From Dehalococcoidia bacterium (GTDB lineage: Bacteria; Chloroflexota; Dehalococcoidia; Lucifugimonadales; UBA2962), in assembly GCA_965207145.1 (NCBI GenBank), contig OZ242262.1, forward strand, positions 1,864,827 to 1,928,826: a DNA stretch of 64,000 nt, given 5' to 3'. The position numbers and the translations under genes are program-made. The notes under the pieces were generated by a model. That model did not search any database, was not told the DNA's origin, and saw only the letters and a program-made list of their open reading frames with translations. Shown one piece after another: positions 28,479-37,158 of this stretch. The first letter of the stretch is position 1, and each line of letters opens with the position of its first letter.

Positions 28479-30074
28479 TCACTTCTCTTGAGGGATGCCT
28501 AACTCCCTCCCAAAGAAGTGAAGCGTGCTGGTTACGGGACCGCCTGCGGCCTGTCCTAGGCCGCACAGGGAGGCAGAGCCGACCACTTCGGCCAGATACG
28601 TCAACTCCTCTACATCTGCCTTGGAGGCACCGCGGCGGGCCAGCCGGTCTATCACCTCGACAATTCGGGGCGTACCCTCGCGGCAAGGGGTGCACTTGCC
28701 GCAAGATTCGTCGGCGTTGTAGGCGGCGAGCGCTCGCATCGCGTCCAGAATTCCTACGGATTCGTCGATGGCGACTAGCCCGCCGGCGCCTAGGATGACT
28801 CCTGACTCGTGCAGCATACCTGGCATGATCTTGATATCAAGTGAAACTGGCGACAGCAGCCCACTCGACGGCCCACCGACGCCAAGCGCGGTCAGCACAC
28901 TTTCGTCTCGCATGCCTCCTCCAATGCCCTCGACCACAGTAGAGAGGGGAGTCCCGAAAGGAGTCTCCACCAGGCCGGGCCGGGCCACCGCGCCCGACAG
29001 GCTAAGTACCTTGGTTCCGGTGGCGTTCTCAGCGCCGAGTGCGCTGAACGCAGCTGGCCCCGCGGTCAGGATGAAGGGCAGGTTCGAAAGGGTCTCTGCG
29101 TTGTTGATCACGGTGGGTCGGGCGTTCAGGCCCGCCTCGGTGGGGAAGGGAGGACGCAGCCTGGGCTCGCGGCGTCGGCCTTCCATGGTGTTCAGCAGCG
29201 TCGTCTCTTCACCGCACACGTAGCCTCCGGCCCCGCGCCGTATCGTAGCCCGTACTGACCAGCCCGAGCCAAGTACATCCTCTCCTATCAGGCCAAGTGC
29301 CTCGGCGTCGGCGAGCGCCCTTTCGATTCGACGGGCTGAAAGATCGGCTTCTGCGTTGATGTACAGGTATATGACACTGGCCTGGGTCGCGTAGGCGGCA
29401 ATCAGTGCTCCCTCGACGATACGGTGGGGGACCCCTTCCATCAGGTGTCGGTCCTTGAACAGCCCTGGCTCACCCTCTTCTGAGTTAACGACCAGGTAGC
29501 GAGATCCCTCCGCCGCCGCCCGCGCGGCCTCCCACTTGAGAGCCGCCGGGTAATACGCGCCGCCGCGGCCCCGGAGGCCAGACTCCTTAACGGTCGCAAT
29601 TGTTGCTTCCGGCGAATCCGACAATGCGGCGGCCAAGCCGCGGTAGCCGCCAGACTGCAGGTACTCGTCGATGCCCTCCGCATCGATGTCGCCGCACCCG
29701 TTCAGGACCACGCGGACCTGGCCTTCGATGAAATCTGAGACGTCATCCGCATAGCGCAGAGGCGTGCCGCCTCCCTCGATGATCGTGGATACGCGGATGG
29801 CCATGTCCACGTCGACCCTGGGCAAGAGTACGGTCTTCCCATCCGGAGCGGTGATGATCACTTGGGGGCCGGCGTAGCAGGCGCCATCGCATCCGGTAGC
29901 AACGAGTCTGGCGTTGTCGAGCAGATCCTCCTCGAAGGCCCTCAGGACATCCTCCGCCCCCAGTGCAATCGAGCAGTGGCCCGCCCGCACCGCGACACGG
30001 ATCTTTCCGGCACTACTCTCCAGTCTTGTGTTCGCCCCCTCGCGCAGGCGCTCGTACGCTGGTAGGGCAGTCAC
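28479..30074 (-). CDS. NuoF-like NAD(H)/FMN/4Fe-4S flavoprotein (FdsB-type FDH beta subunit)
   Basis: GRGGAYYPAALKW, NSEEGEPGLFKDR, ESCGKCTPCREG. The proposed GTG start at 30074 overlaps the NuoE-like TGA (GTGA). Confidence 0.9.
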   Translation of the reverse strand: MTALPAYERLREGANTRLESSAGKIRVAVRAGHCSIALGAEDVLRAFEEDLLDNARLVATGCDGACYAGPQVIITAPDGKTVLLPRVDVDMAIRVSTIIEGGGTPLRYADDVSDFIEGQVRVVLNGCGDIDAEGIDEYLQSGGYRGLAAALSDSPEATIATVKESGLRGRGGAYYPAALKWEAARAAAEGSRYLVVNSEEGEPGLFKDRHLMEGVPHRIVEGALIAAYATQASVIYLYINAEADLSARRIERALADAEALGLIGEDVLGSGWSVRATIRRGAGGYVCGEETTLLNTMEGRRREPRLRPPFPTEAGLNARPTVINNAETLSNLPFILTAGPAAFSALGAENATGTKVLSLSGAVARPGLVETPFGTPLSTVVEGIGGGMRDESVLTALGVGGPSSGLLSPVSLDIKIMPGMLHESGVILGAGGLVAIDESVGILDAMRALAAYNADESCGKCTPCREGTPRIVEVIDRLARRGASKADVEELTYLAEVVGSASLCGLGQAAGGPVTSTLHFFGRELGIPQEK

Positions 30075-30574
30075 GCCGTCACCTTCTCGCCTAGGCGATC
30101 CACGACTTTGGCAGCCCGCTCCGGGGTCGCTCGACCGAGCCATCGTCCGTCCAGCTGCAGGGCCGGCGCTACACCGCACAGGAATCCGCAGGCTGTGGTC
30201 TCAAGGGTCACCGTCTTAACCGGGCCAACCTCCGCCGTTTCTCCCGGCTCGACGCCCAATCGGGCCTTAACGGCGTTCAGTATCGAGTCCGCCCCCGAAA
30301 TCCGGCAGCTAAGGCCCGTGCAGACCCGGATCATGTGCGAGCCGGGTTTGTCGATGCGCAACTCCGAGTAGCTGGTAGCAGCACCGTATACCTCGCTGGC
30401 AGGTATCCCAAGATGCCAGGACACGACTTCCATCGCCCAATCGGGCAAGTAGCCGAAGCGATGCTGAAGATAATGCAGTGCAGGCAGCAGCATCCCGCGC
30501 TCCCTGGGGAATCGATCCCGCAGATCGGCGCGTAGTCCCTTGCGCTCTCCGTCCCTTTGCCTGTCTCGTGCCAC
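30071..30574 (-). CDS. NuoE-like 2Fe-2S thioredoxin-like subunit (FdsG-type FDH gamma subunit)
   Basis: LLPALHYLQHRFGYLP, VCTGLSC ... TACGFLCGVAPA cluster ligands. Confidence 0.9.
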   Translation of the reverse strand: MARDRQRDGERKGLRADLRDRFPRERGMLLPALHYLQHRFGYLPDWAMEVVSWHLGIPASEVYGAATSYSELRIDKPGSHMIRVCTGLSCRISGADSILNAVKARLGVEPGETAEVGPVKTVTLETTACGFLCGVAPALQLDGRWLGRATPERAAKVVDRLGEKVTA

Positions 30575-30582
30575 CCGGGGTG

Positions 30583-32493
30583 CTATGCCTTGGCGACCGG
30601 CAGTCCCAGCTTCAGCAGGCCCAGGTCGGCCAGTTTGGAATCAGGGATGGTGCCGTCAGGCTCCCAGCCCCTAGCCTGGTAGTAGGCAGCTATCATCCGA
30701 TCGAGGTCCCGCCTCGAGAGCCTGACGCCCTTGACAGGTCCGTCGCTGAGTTCCTCCTCTAGGATTCTTCGGGGAAGGGAATCGTCCGCACGGGACCAGC
30801 CCTCTCGGAGGTTGAACAGCTTTTTCAGGTTGTTGATGCGCTCGCCGGCAATGCGAAGCTCTTCTGCCGTAACGTCCCATCCAGTCACGCACGACATCAC
30901 GTCTGCCGACTCGGCGTAGAAGTCCGCGAAGGCGCGGCGCAGGAATTTGCACCAAACAAGTGAATCCATCACCGCCGATCGGTCCTCACCTTCGGCGACG
31001 ATGTGGCCCATCTGAGAATCTGCATTCAGCCGGTCCACCCGGGACGAGAAGTCAGCCTCGTAGGCCGAGGATCGGTTGTGGCACGCGCCCCTGGTGCTGA
31101 CCGCCAATGCCAATGCCATGGTCTTGAGGGAACGGGGTTCGTACCCGGGCATCTCAAGTCCCTTTACATGCATTGCCCACGCTTCCGAGCCTCTACCGAT
31201 CTGATTCGCCGCCCTGCGACTGCCATCCGCCAGCAGGTCGCCTAGGCCCCGCCGGTGCGCAATGTCCTGCAGGATCGTCGGCAATGCCCCTTCGTCTCCG
31301 AACCGCAGGGCCGCTCCGTTTTTGGCCCTTGTGCCATCCAACAGGCCTCTCGATGCGGCTTCGGCGGCCCAGGCTATGGTCGCGCCGGCACTTATGGTGT
31401 CCATGCCCAGCTCGTCGCAGAGAACGGACGCGCGTAGAACTGCGTTAGGATCTGAGATGCCCATCAAGGAGCCCAGGGCGAAAGCCGATTCGTATTCCAT
31501 TCGGCCTTCTACCTTGGTTCCCTGGTCCCTCGTGGTCATCACATGTTCACAGCCTATGGTGCAGTTGGCACAGTGGGCGGTTCGAACTAGATGATCGGTC
31601 TTGAATCGCTCCCCCCCGATCTTCGCTGCGCCCTCAAAGGTTGAGGCCTGGAAGTTTCGGGTGGGCAGGACGCCCAAACGGCTGAATACCTCGACATTCG
31701 CCATGGTGCCTAGGGTCCTGTACTTTTCCGTCGCCTGTCCCAGGCTACGGCGGCTTAATTCAACTCCAATGCGGTTTAGAGCGACCGGATGCGCGACCTT
31801 GACTTTCGCCGATCCCTTTACCGCTATGGCCTTGAGGCCTTTGGACCCCATGACAGCACCGACACCGGTCCGGCCCGCCTGCCTGCCTCCTTCACTACTT
31901 ATGCTGGCGAACCTGACAAGCGACTCGCCGGCAGGTCCTATGCAGGCCACGCGAAAGCCCCTTCCCAGGCGCTCCTTCACCAGTCGCTGCGTATCCGTAG
32001 TCGTCCTTCCGGCAAGGTCGTGGGCGTCAAGGAGGTCTACTTTTCCGTCCTCGATTCGCAGAAGGGTAGGGCGCTCGCGGGCGCCCCTTATGACCAGAGC
32101 GTCAAAGGCGCAGCGCTTGAGTTCGGTGGCCATAAAGCTCGACGACAGCGAGTCGCCTATTAGGCCCGTGAGCGGCGACTTCGCCAGGACCGCGAACTTG
32201 CTCGAGGTCGTCAGCCGGGTTCCCACCAGGGGGCTGGTCACGAAGATCAGGGGGTTCAGGGAGCCCAGGGGCTCCGCCTTCTCGGGGCAGTGCCGGTACA
32301 GCAGCCAAGCACCAAGTCCCGTTCCGCCGATGAAAGCCCGCAAGATCTCATCGGGAATGAGCTCGTACGTCGCCTCTCCCGTATCGAGGTCCACCAGGAG
32401 AGAGCGGCCGTGATAGCCGTAAACCTCTTCGTCTTTGATCAGACCGGTTCCCCTTAAGCCAAGGTCATTCATACCGCGCCGTGCCGTTCGCAA
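30583..32493 (-). CDS. aor: aldehyde:ferredoxin oxidoreductase family (tungstopterin AOR)
   Basis: GYHGRSLLVDLDTGE N-terminus, GGTGLGAWLLY, and CANCTIGC 4Fe-4S motif. 636 aa. Confidence 0.9.
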   Translation of the reverse strand: MRTARRGMNDLGLRGTGLIKDEEVYGYHGRSLLVDLDTGEATYELIPDEILRAFIGGTGLGAWLLYRHCPEKAEPLGSLNPLIFVTSPLVGTRLTTSSKFAVLAKSPLTGLIGDSLSSSFMATELKRCAFDALVIRGARERPTLLRIEDGKVDLLDAHDLAGRTTTDTQRLVKERLGRGFRVACIGPAGESLVRFASISSEGGRQAGRTGVGAVMGSKGLKAIAVKGSAKVKVAHPVALNRIGVELSRRSLGQATEKYRTLGTMANVEVFSRLGVLPTRNFQASTFEGAAKIGGERFKTDHLVRTAHCANCTIGCEHVMTTRDQGTKVEGRMEYESAFALGSLMGISDPNAVLRASVLCDELGMDTISAGATIAWAAEAASRGLLDGTRAKNGAALRFGDEGALPTILQDIAHRRGLGDLLADGSRRAANQIGRGSEAWAMHVKGLEMPGYEPRSLKTMALALAVSTRGACHNRSSAYEADFSSRVDRLNADSQMGHIVAEGEDRSAVMDSLVWCKFLRRAFADFYAESADVMSCVTGWDVTAEELRIAGERINNLKKLFNLREGWSRADDSLPRRILEEELSDGPVKGVRLSRRDLDRMIAAYYQARGWEPDGTIPDSKLADLGLLKLGLPVAKA

Positions 32494-32506
32494 GGCGATT
32501 CCAACT

Positions 32507-32851
32507 CTAGCCGCCTGCCTGGCTGGAAAACAGGAGAATACGGTCTCCAGACATTACCTGCCTGGTCTCGGAGGACATGAAGCAGGTGCCGTTGAGGTTC
32601 AATACGTAGCTTGAGAGTAGTCCTCCATTTGGGTCTATCACCTCGCCCAAGAGCGCCGGTTCTACTTTGGACAACCGCTCGGCAACTTCGGCGGCTGAAG
32701 CCTTGCCTGGCACGCTCAAGTCCACACTGCTTCGGCCGGCCAGCAGCCTGGCGTTACCGAACAGTTCAATTGTCACCCTTCTCTCAGGATCGCCCACTGA
32801 TCTCCAACTCGTCCCCGAAGTCTCTCCCCGCGCGACGCTCACGCTGTCCAT
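32507..32851 (-). CDS. MoaD/ThiS-family ubiquitin-like sulfur carrier (C-terminal GG)
   Basis: Small beta-grasp-like ORF ending ...LLFSSQAGG, 13 nt upstream of aor. The start may be internal. Confidence 0.65.
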   Translation of the reverse strand: MDSVSVARGETSGTSWRSVGDPERRVTIELFGNARLLAGRSSVDLSVPGKASAAEVAERLSKVEPALLGEVIDPNGGLLSSYVLNLNGTCFMSSETRQVMSGDRILLFSSQAGG

Positions 32852-32943
32852 TCAGTGGCGCCGGTTCAACGTGCGCTGTTCGCGCTATCGGCGAACGGAG
32901 CCTGATAGGCCGATAGTGCCGATGTTTTGTGTTTTGTATAGCT

Positions 32944-33612
32944 CTATCCTAAGGGATCGCTCGCCGTCTCTGCCGCGCGTGCCATCGCGATCTCAAGGTC
33001 TGCCGGAGTGTTGACGTTGAAGAAACTCCAAAGCCCCGGATCGAGTGCCTCAACCTTGAGCTGCGGCAGGTACTTTACCCTGACCATTTCGAAGAACGCC
33101 GAGATCTTTAGCTCTCCGGCGTCTACATTCTTCCTGATAGGTCCTATGCAATCCTTGGAGTAGAGGGCGTGGATAGGTTCAGGTCTCCCGTCCAGTAGGG
33201 GGACGACGGCATCATAACTGCTCCTCGCAGATGCCATTTTGGCGAGTAACGCCTGGTTCAGGAAGGGCATGTCGCAGGCGACGACGAGCGCCCAGGCGCG
33301 CGATGCGGCGGTAAGTCCCGTAAGGATTCCCCCGAGCGATCCGGAGTTGGGGTACAGGTCACTGACGACTCTCGCCTGTGTCGGAAGTGGAAGCGCGCGG
33401 GCCTGTTCCTCCTCGGCGACGACTACGACAGTTTCCGAGGATATCGGCTCGATGGCGGAGATGACTCGGGCTATAAGCGGCACGCCGCCGACGAGCTCGA
33501 GAGCCTTGTTTCGCCCCAGGCGGCGGCTGCGCCCGCCGGCAAGGACGACGGCGGTGATTGACCGGAAGTCAATGGAGCAGTTCGCCGCGGTGCCACCGGC
33601 CTCCAGTACCAT
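32944..33612 (-). CDS. mobA: molybdenum cofactor guanylyltransferase
   Basis: AVVLAGGRSRRLGRNKALE motif and NTP_transf_3-like body. Confidence 0.85.
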   Translation of the reverse strand: MVLEAGGTAANCSIDFRSITAVVLAGGRSRRLGRNKALELVGGVPLIARVISAIEPISSETVVVVAEEEQARALPLPTQARVVSDLYPNSGSLGGILTGLTAASRAWALVVACDMPFLNQALLAKMASARSSYDAVVPLLDGRPEPIHALYSKDCIGPIRKNVDAGELKISAFFEMVRVKYLPQLKVEALDPGLWSFFNVNTPADLEIAMARAAETASDPLG

Positions 33613-33815
33613 TGACCAAGATTACCACGCGGCTCACGTTCGGGCATCGTCTGGTCTCAGTGAAGGGGGCAGAGCCCCCGCTCGGTCAGTTGTGGGAGGT
33701 TGCAGGCAGGATTGCTACCGGTCCCACACTGGATGTCGAGAGTGCGGGGAAGGGCGGCCATCAGCGTAATGACACTCAGGCAAGGCCACCTGATGGGATT
33801 GGCAGTGACCGCCTG

Positions 33816-35795
33816 TCAATTGCTCTTCGACACTTGGGCGACCACTTTCCCGGTTTCCCGGGTATCGTAGCCGTCGAGTTCGTCTACACGTTCCTTGAAC
33901 GCGCGTGATCGGATAGCTGCTAGGGCAGTTTTCACCGGCTCTGCATCGAGCAACGCCGATGGCGTCACGAGATCGTAGCGTTCCCTGACCAGGGGCACGA
34001 AGTCGAGATCGAAAGCACGGGCGGCAGACTGTATGCCAAGCCCAACGTCTGCTCGCCCGCTATTTACTGCGGCCGCGACGGCTAGGTGAGTGTATTCCTC
34101 GCGCCCGTATCCTTCTATTGATTGGGGTGAGAGACGCGCCGTCAGGAGTTGATGGTCCAGCAGAACGCGGGTTCCGGAGCCCCGCTGTCGGTTTACGAAC
34201 GTAGCCCGCCGATTTGCTATGTCGGACAGGGAGGCTATGCCGAGTGGGTTACCCCGGGCAACGATCAGCCCCTGGATCCTGTGCACCAGAGTGACAACCG
34301 TCACGTCCCTTGAGACGTGGCGTCGAACATAGCTGAGATTGTATTCCCCGGTGTCGGGGTCGAGCAGGTGTGTGCCGACCATGTGGGCCTCGCCTCGCTC
34401 AAGGGCCACCAGACCACCGAGGGAGCCAACATTCGCCGACGCCAGACGTGAGCCGCCGGTTTCACCGAGCAAGTTGGCCAGGACGTCCAGAGTCAGATCG
34501 TGGCTTCCGGTAACAACGATCGTGTCTTCAATCTCGTTCAGAGACCGAAGCAACTCCACCCTTACTTTCGAACCGGCCTCCAACCCCTCGGAAAAACGTG
34601 GAATCAGGGCGATGCCGTCGGCCTCGACCAGCGACATTATTACCCCCGCTCCCCGCCGTATGGGTGTGGCCACCAGACTGCCGTCAACACGCCCCAGGCG
34701 GACTCTCAAGAACTCGTCCTCGCCTGCAGGGGAGAAGATCTTCCTGGTAACCACGGCCTCCGCCGTCGGGCCCCGGGTCAGGGCAGTCAGCTCATGGAAA
34801 TGAGAAGCTCTTGTTGAGATGCCGAGGCATCGCTCTATGGTCGATTTCAAAAAGAGTTCGGATGTAACTAGCGCAGAGACCGGATAGCCGGGAATACCCA
34901 GCACCGGCCGTCCCTTCACGACCCCGAGCACGACCGGGTGCCCGGGACGAATTGCGACTCCGTGGACGGCCAGGTCACCCAGAGCTTGGACGGCGGGGGC
35001 TGTGTAGTCCTCCGAGCCGGCCGAAGAGCCCGCGTTGATGACAACAATTTCGTTCTCGTCGGCAGCCTTAAGGATCGATTCTTCGATCAGGCTGGGCTGG
35101 TCTTTGACTGGATCCATACGGATCGGAATTCCGCCCCATTCAAGCACCTGGGCAGCCAGCATGATCGAGTTGAACTCCACCACCTGTCCTGGCTCGGCGT
35201 TGACGCCGGGCTCAACCAGTTCCGTGCCAGTGGGGATGATCGCGACTGATGGCCTTTTGCGCACCTTGATTGTCGCCACTCCGGCCGATGCGCAGGCCCC
35301 TAGGTCTTGCGGCCTCATTCGGTGTCCTTCCGGCAGTACCAATTCGGTCGCTGCGATGTCCTCGCCAATTGGTCGGACGTGCTGGTAGGGTGCCACCGGC
35401 TCCCGAATCTCGATGTGCATACCGCCGAGGTCCTGCACGTGTTCGATCATCACGACGGCGTCAAAGCCATCGGGCATTGGGTCGCCAGTATCCAGCCAGG
35501 CGGCCTGTTCCCCGATCCTCAGTTGCAGCGGCGATGTCTCCGTTGCGCCGACCGTTTCGGCCGATCGCACGGCGACCCCGTCCATCGCGGCGGCATCGTA
35601 ATGGGGAGAAGATTTCAGAGCCCAAATGGGTTCGGCTGTAACTCGGCCCGCAGCCTCCTCCAGGGCCACGGTCTCCGGTCCAGTGATCAGGTGTGCGCCG
35701 GACCTGTAGAGCGCTTGATCGAAGCGCCGCAATGCCTCATCCAGAGGCACGTCCTGCAGGTAATAGCGGCGGCCGACCCTTCTGCCGTGGTTCAT
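33816..35795 (-). CDS. moeA: MoeA molybdopterin molybdo/tungsto-transferase fused to a C-terminal PBP-like (molybdate/tungstate-binding-like) domain
   Basis: MoeA N/central/C regions, then TGSHDLTLDVLANLL...GGLVALERGEAHMVGTHLLD...FVNRQRGSGTR, typical of the PBP_like fusion. The start is taken at ATG 35795, 1 nt after the upstream TGA. Confidence 0.85.
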   Translation of the reverse strand: MNHGRRVGRRYYLQDVPLDEALRRFDQALYRSGAHLITGPETVALEEAAGRVTAEPIWALKSSPHYDAAAMDGVAVRSAETVGATETSPLQLRIGEQAAWLDTGDPMPDGFDAVVMIEHVQDLGGMHIEIREPVAPYQHVRPIGEDIAATELVLPEGHRMRPQDLGACASAGVATIKVRKRPSVAIIPTGTELVEPGVNAEPGQVVEFNSIMLAAQVLEWGGIPIRMDPVKDQPSLIEESILKAADENEIVVINAGSSAGSEDYTAPAVQALGDLAVHGVAIRPGHPVVLGVVKGRPVLGIPGYPVSALVTSELFLKSTIERCLGISTRASHFHELTALTRGPTAEAVVTRKIFSPAGEDEFLRVRLGRVDGSLVATPIRRGAGVIMSLVEADGIALIPRFSEGLEAGSKVRVELLRSLNEIEDTIVVTGSHDLTLDVLANLLGETGGSRLASANVGSLGGLVALERGEAHMVGTHLLDPDTGEYNLSYVRRHVSRDVTVVTLVHRIQGLIVARGNPLGIASLSDIANRRATFVNRQRGSGTRVLLDHQLLTARLSPQSIEGYGREEYTHLAVAAAVNSGRADVGLGIQSAARAFDLDFVPLVRERYDLVTPSALLDAEPVKTALAAIRSRAFKERVDELDGYDTRETGKVVAQVSKSN

Positions 35796-35796
35796 C

Positions 35797-37071
35797 TCAA
35801 AATGTGGTGACGTGTACCGTGTCGCCCGCGTACAGACCGCCGGAGTCAAGCGATACCGATGCCAGTCCATCGGCACGCACAAGAGTGAAAATCAGATTAG
35901 ACTTGCCGAAGATTGGCTCGGCCACCAGACCGCCAGGGCCTGTCTCCAACCTTACTGGGAAGAAATCCTGGCGGCCGGGCGCGGACGGGACGTTTGAAGC
36001 CAGGGTTGCCGGGACGCCCCGGCTAGTCGCAGGTTCGCTTGCGCCCATGAGGGAGCGGATGACCGGGCGGACGATGAGGTTGAAGACTACCATCGCAGAC
36101 ACTGGGTTGCCGGGCAGGCCGAAGACGGGCGTGTCGCCTACCAGACCGGCTATCGTAGGCTTGCCGGGCTTAATCGATATGCCATGGACCAGCACTCCCG
36201 GCCCGCCGAGTTCGGCCAGCACCCTCGCGGTCATGTCCCGGCTTCCGACTGAGCTACCCGCCGAGAACACCACGATGTCTCCGCAGTCCACCGCCTCGCG
36301 TGCGGCCCCCCTCTGAGCTTCCAGGTCGTCGGGGAAGATCCCAAGAGGCACCGGCGCGCCCCCGGCGCGCTCCACCAGGGCCGCCACCGTGTGCGTGTTG
36401 ATGTCGCGCACCTGCCCGGGGCCGGGCTCGTCGGCCGGTTCCACCAGCTCATCGCCGGTGGACACTATTGCGACCCTAGGCCTGCGGGCAACCTCGACGC
36501 TGGTCACTCCGACCGCAAGCAGAGCACCCAGATCTTGGGGTCGCATGGTATGGCCTTCCGGCACCACGTCCTGACCGGCCCGGACGTCCTCGTCGGACTG
36601 GACGACGTTCTCCCCGGGAGCAACCGAGCGAACGACCTCTATGGTGGCCTCGCCCACAGAGTGAGTGTGCTCGATCATTACGACCGCGTCGGCTGCTCCG
36701 GCAAGCATTCCGCCGGTGTATGCCACCGCGACCTGTCCCGGGCCCAAGGTGATCTGCGGTGCCCTCCCCATGGGAACCTCGCCGACAACTTCAAGATATG
36801 CGGGCATGCTGTCACTTGCCCCGAATGTGTCGGCAGCCCGGACCGAGTATCCGTCCATTGCGGACCTCGCGAATGCCGGCAACCCGGCAGGGGACACGCA
36901 ACGCTTCGTGGTAACCCGGTCGAGCGCGCTTGAGACGAGGACCGTCTCTGAGCCTGTCCGTACACCACCGATGCGCTCTAGAAGGACAGCGATCGCCTCA
37001 TCCGGGGGCAGAAGGTTGAACAGTTCGGGCATGGGGATTGTCAAATAGCCGTAGCTTAGTCTTCTCCGCAT
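35797..37071 (-). CDS. moeA: MoeA molybdopterin molybdotransferase (stand-alone copy)
   Basis: SAMDGYSVRAADT, IVSTGDELVEP, VVFSAGSSVGSRD, KPGKPT. Confidence 0.9.
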   Translation of the reverse strand: MRRRLSYGYLTIPMPELFNLLPPDEAIAVLLERIGGVRTGSETVLVSSALDRVTTKRCVSPAGLPAFARSAMDGYSVRAADTFGASDSMPAYLEVVGEVPMGRAPQITLGPGQVAVAYTGGMLAGAADAVVMIEHTHSVGEATIEVVRSVAPGENVVQSDEDVRAGQDVVPEGHTMRPQDLGALLAVGVTSVEVARRPRVAIVSTGDELVEPADEPGPGQVRDINTHTVAALVERAGGAPVPLGIFPDDLEAQRGAAREAVDCGDIVVFSAGSSVGSRDMTARVLAELGGPGVLVHGISIKPGKPTIAGLVGDTPVFGLPGNPVSAMVVFNLIVRPVIRSLMGASEPATSRGVPATLASNVPSAPGRQDFFPVRLETGPGGLVAEPIFGKSNLIFTLVRADGLASVSLDSGGLYAGDTVHVTTF

Positions 37072-37158
37072 CCGCTAGCGGGAAAGGGCTACGTTAACCT
37101 TGTCCCTTACTAGGACGCCAGCCCACTGTCATATCGGCCGCCATGGGCCGATCGAATA

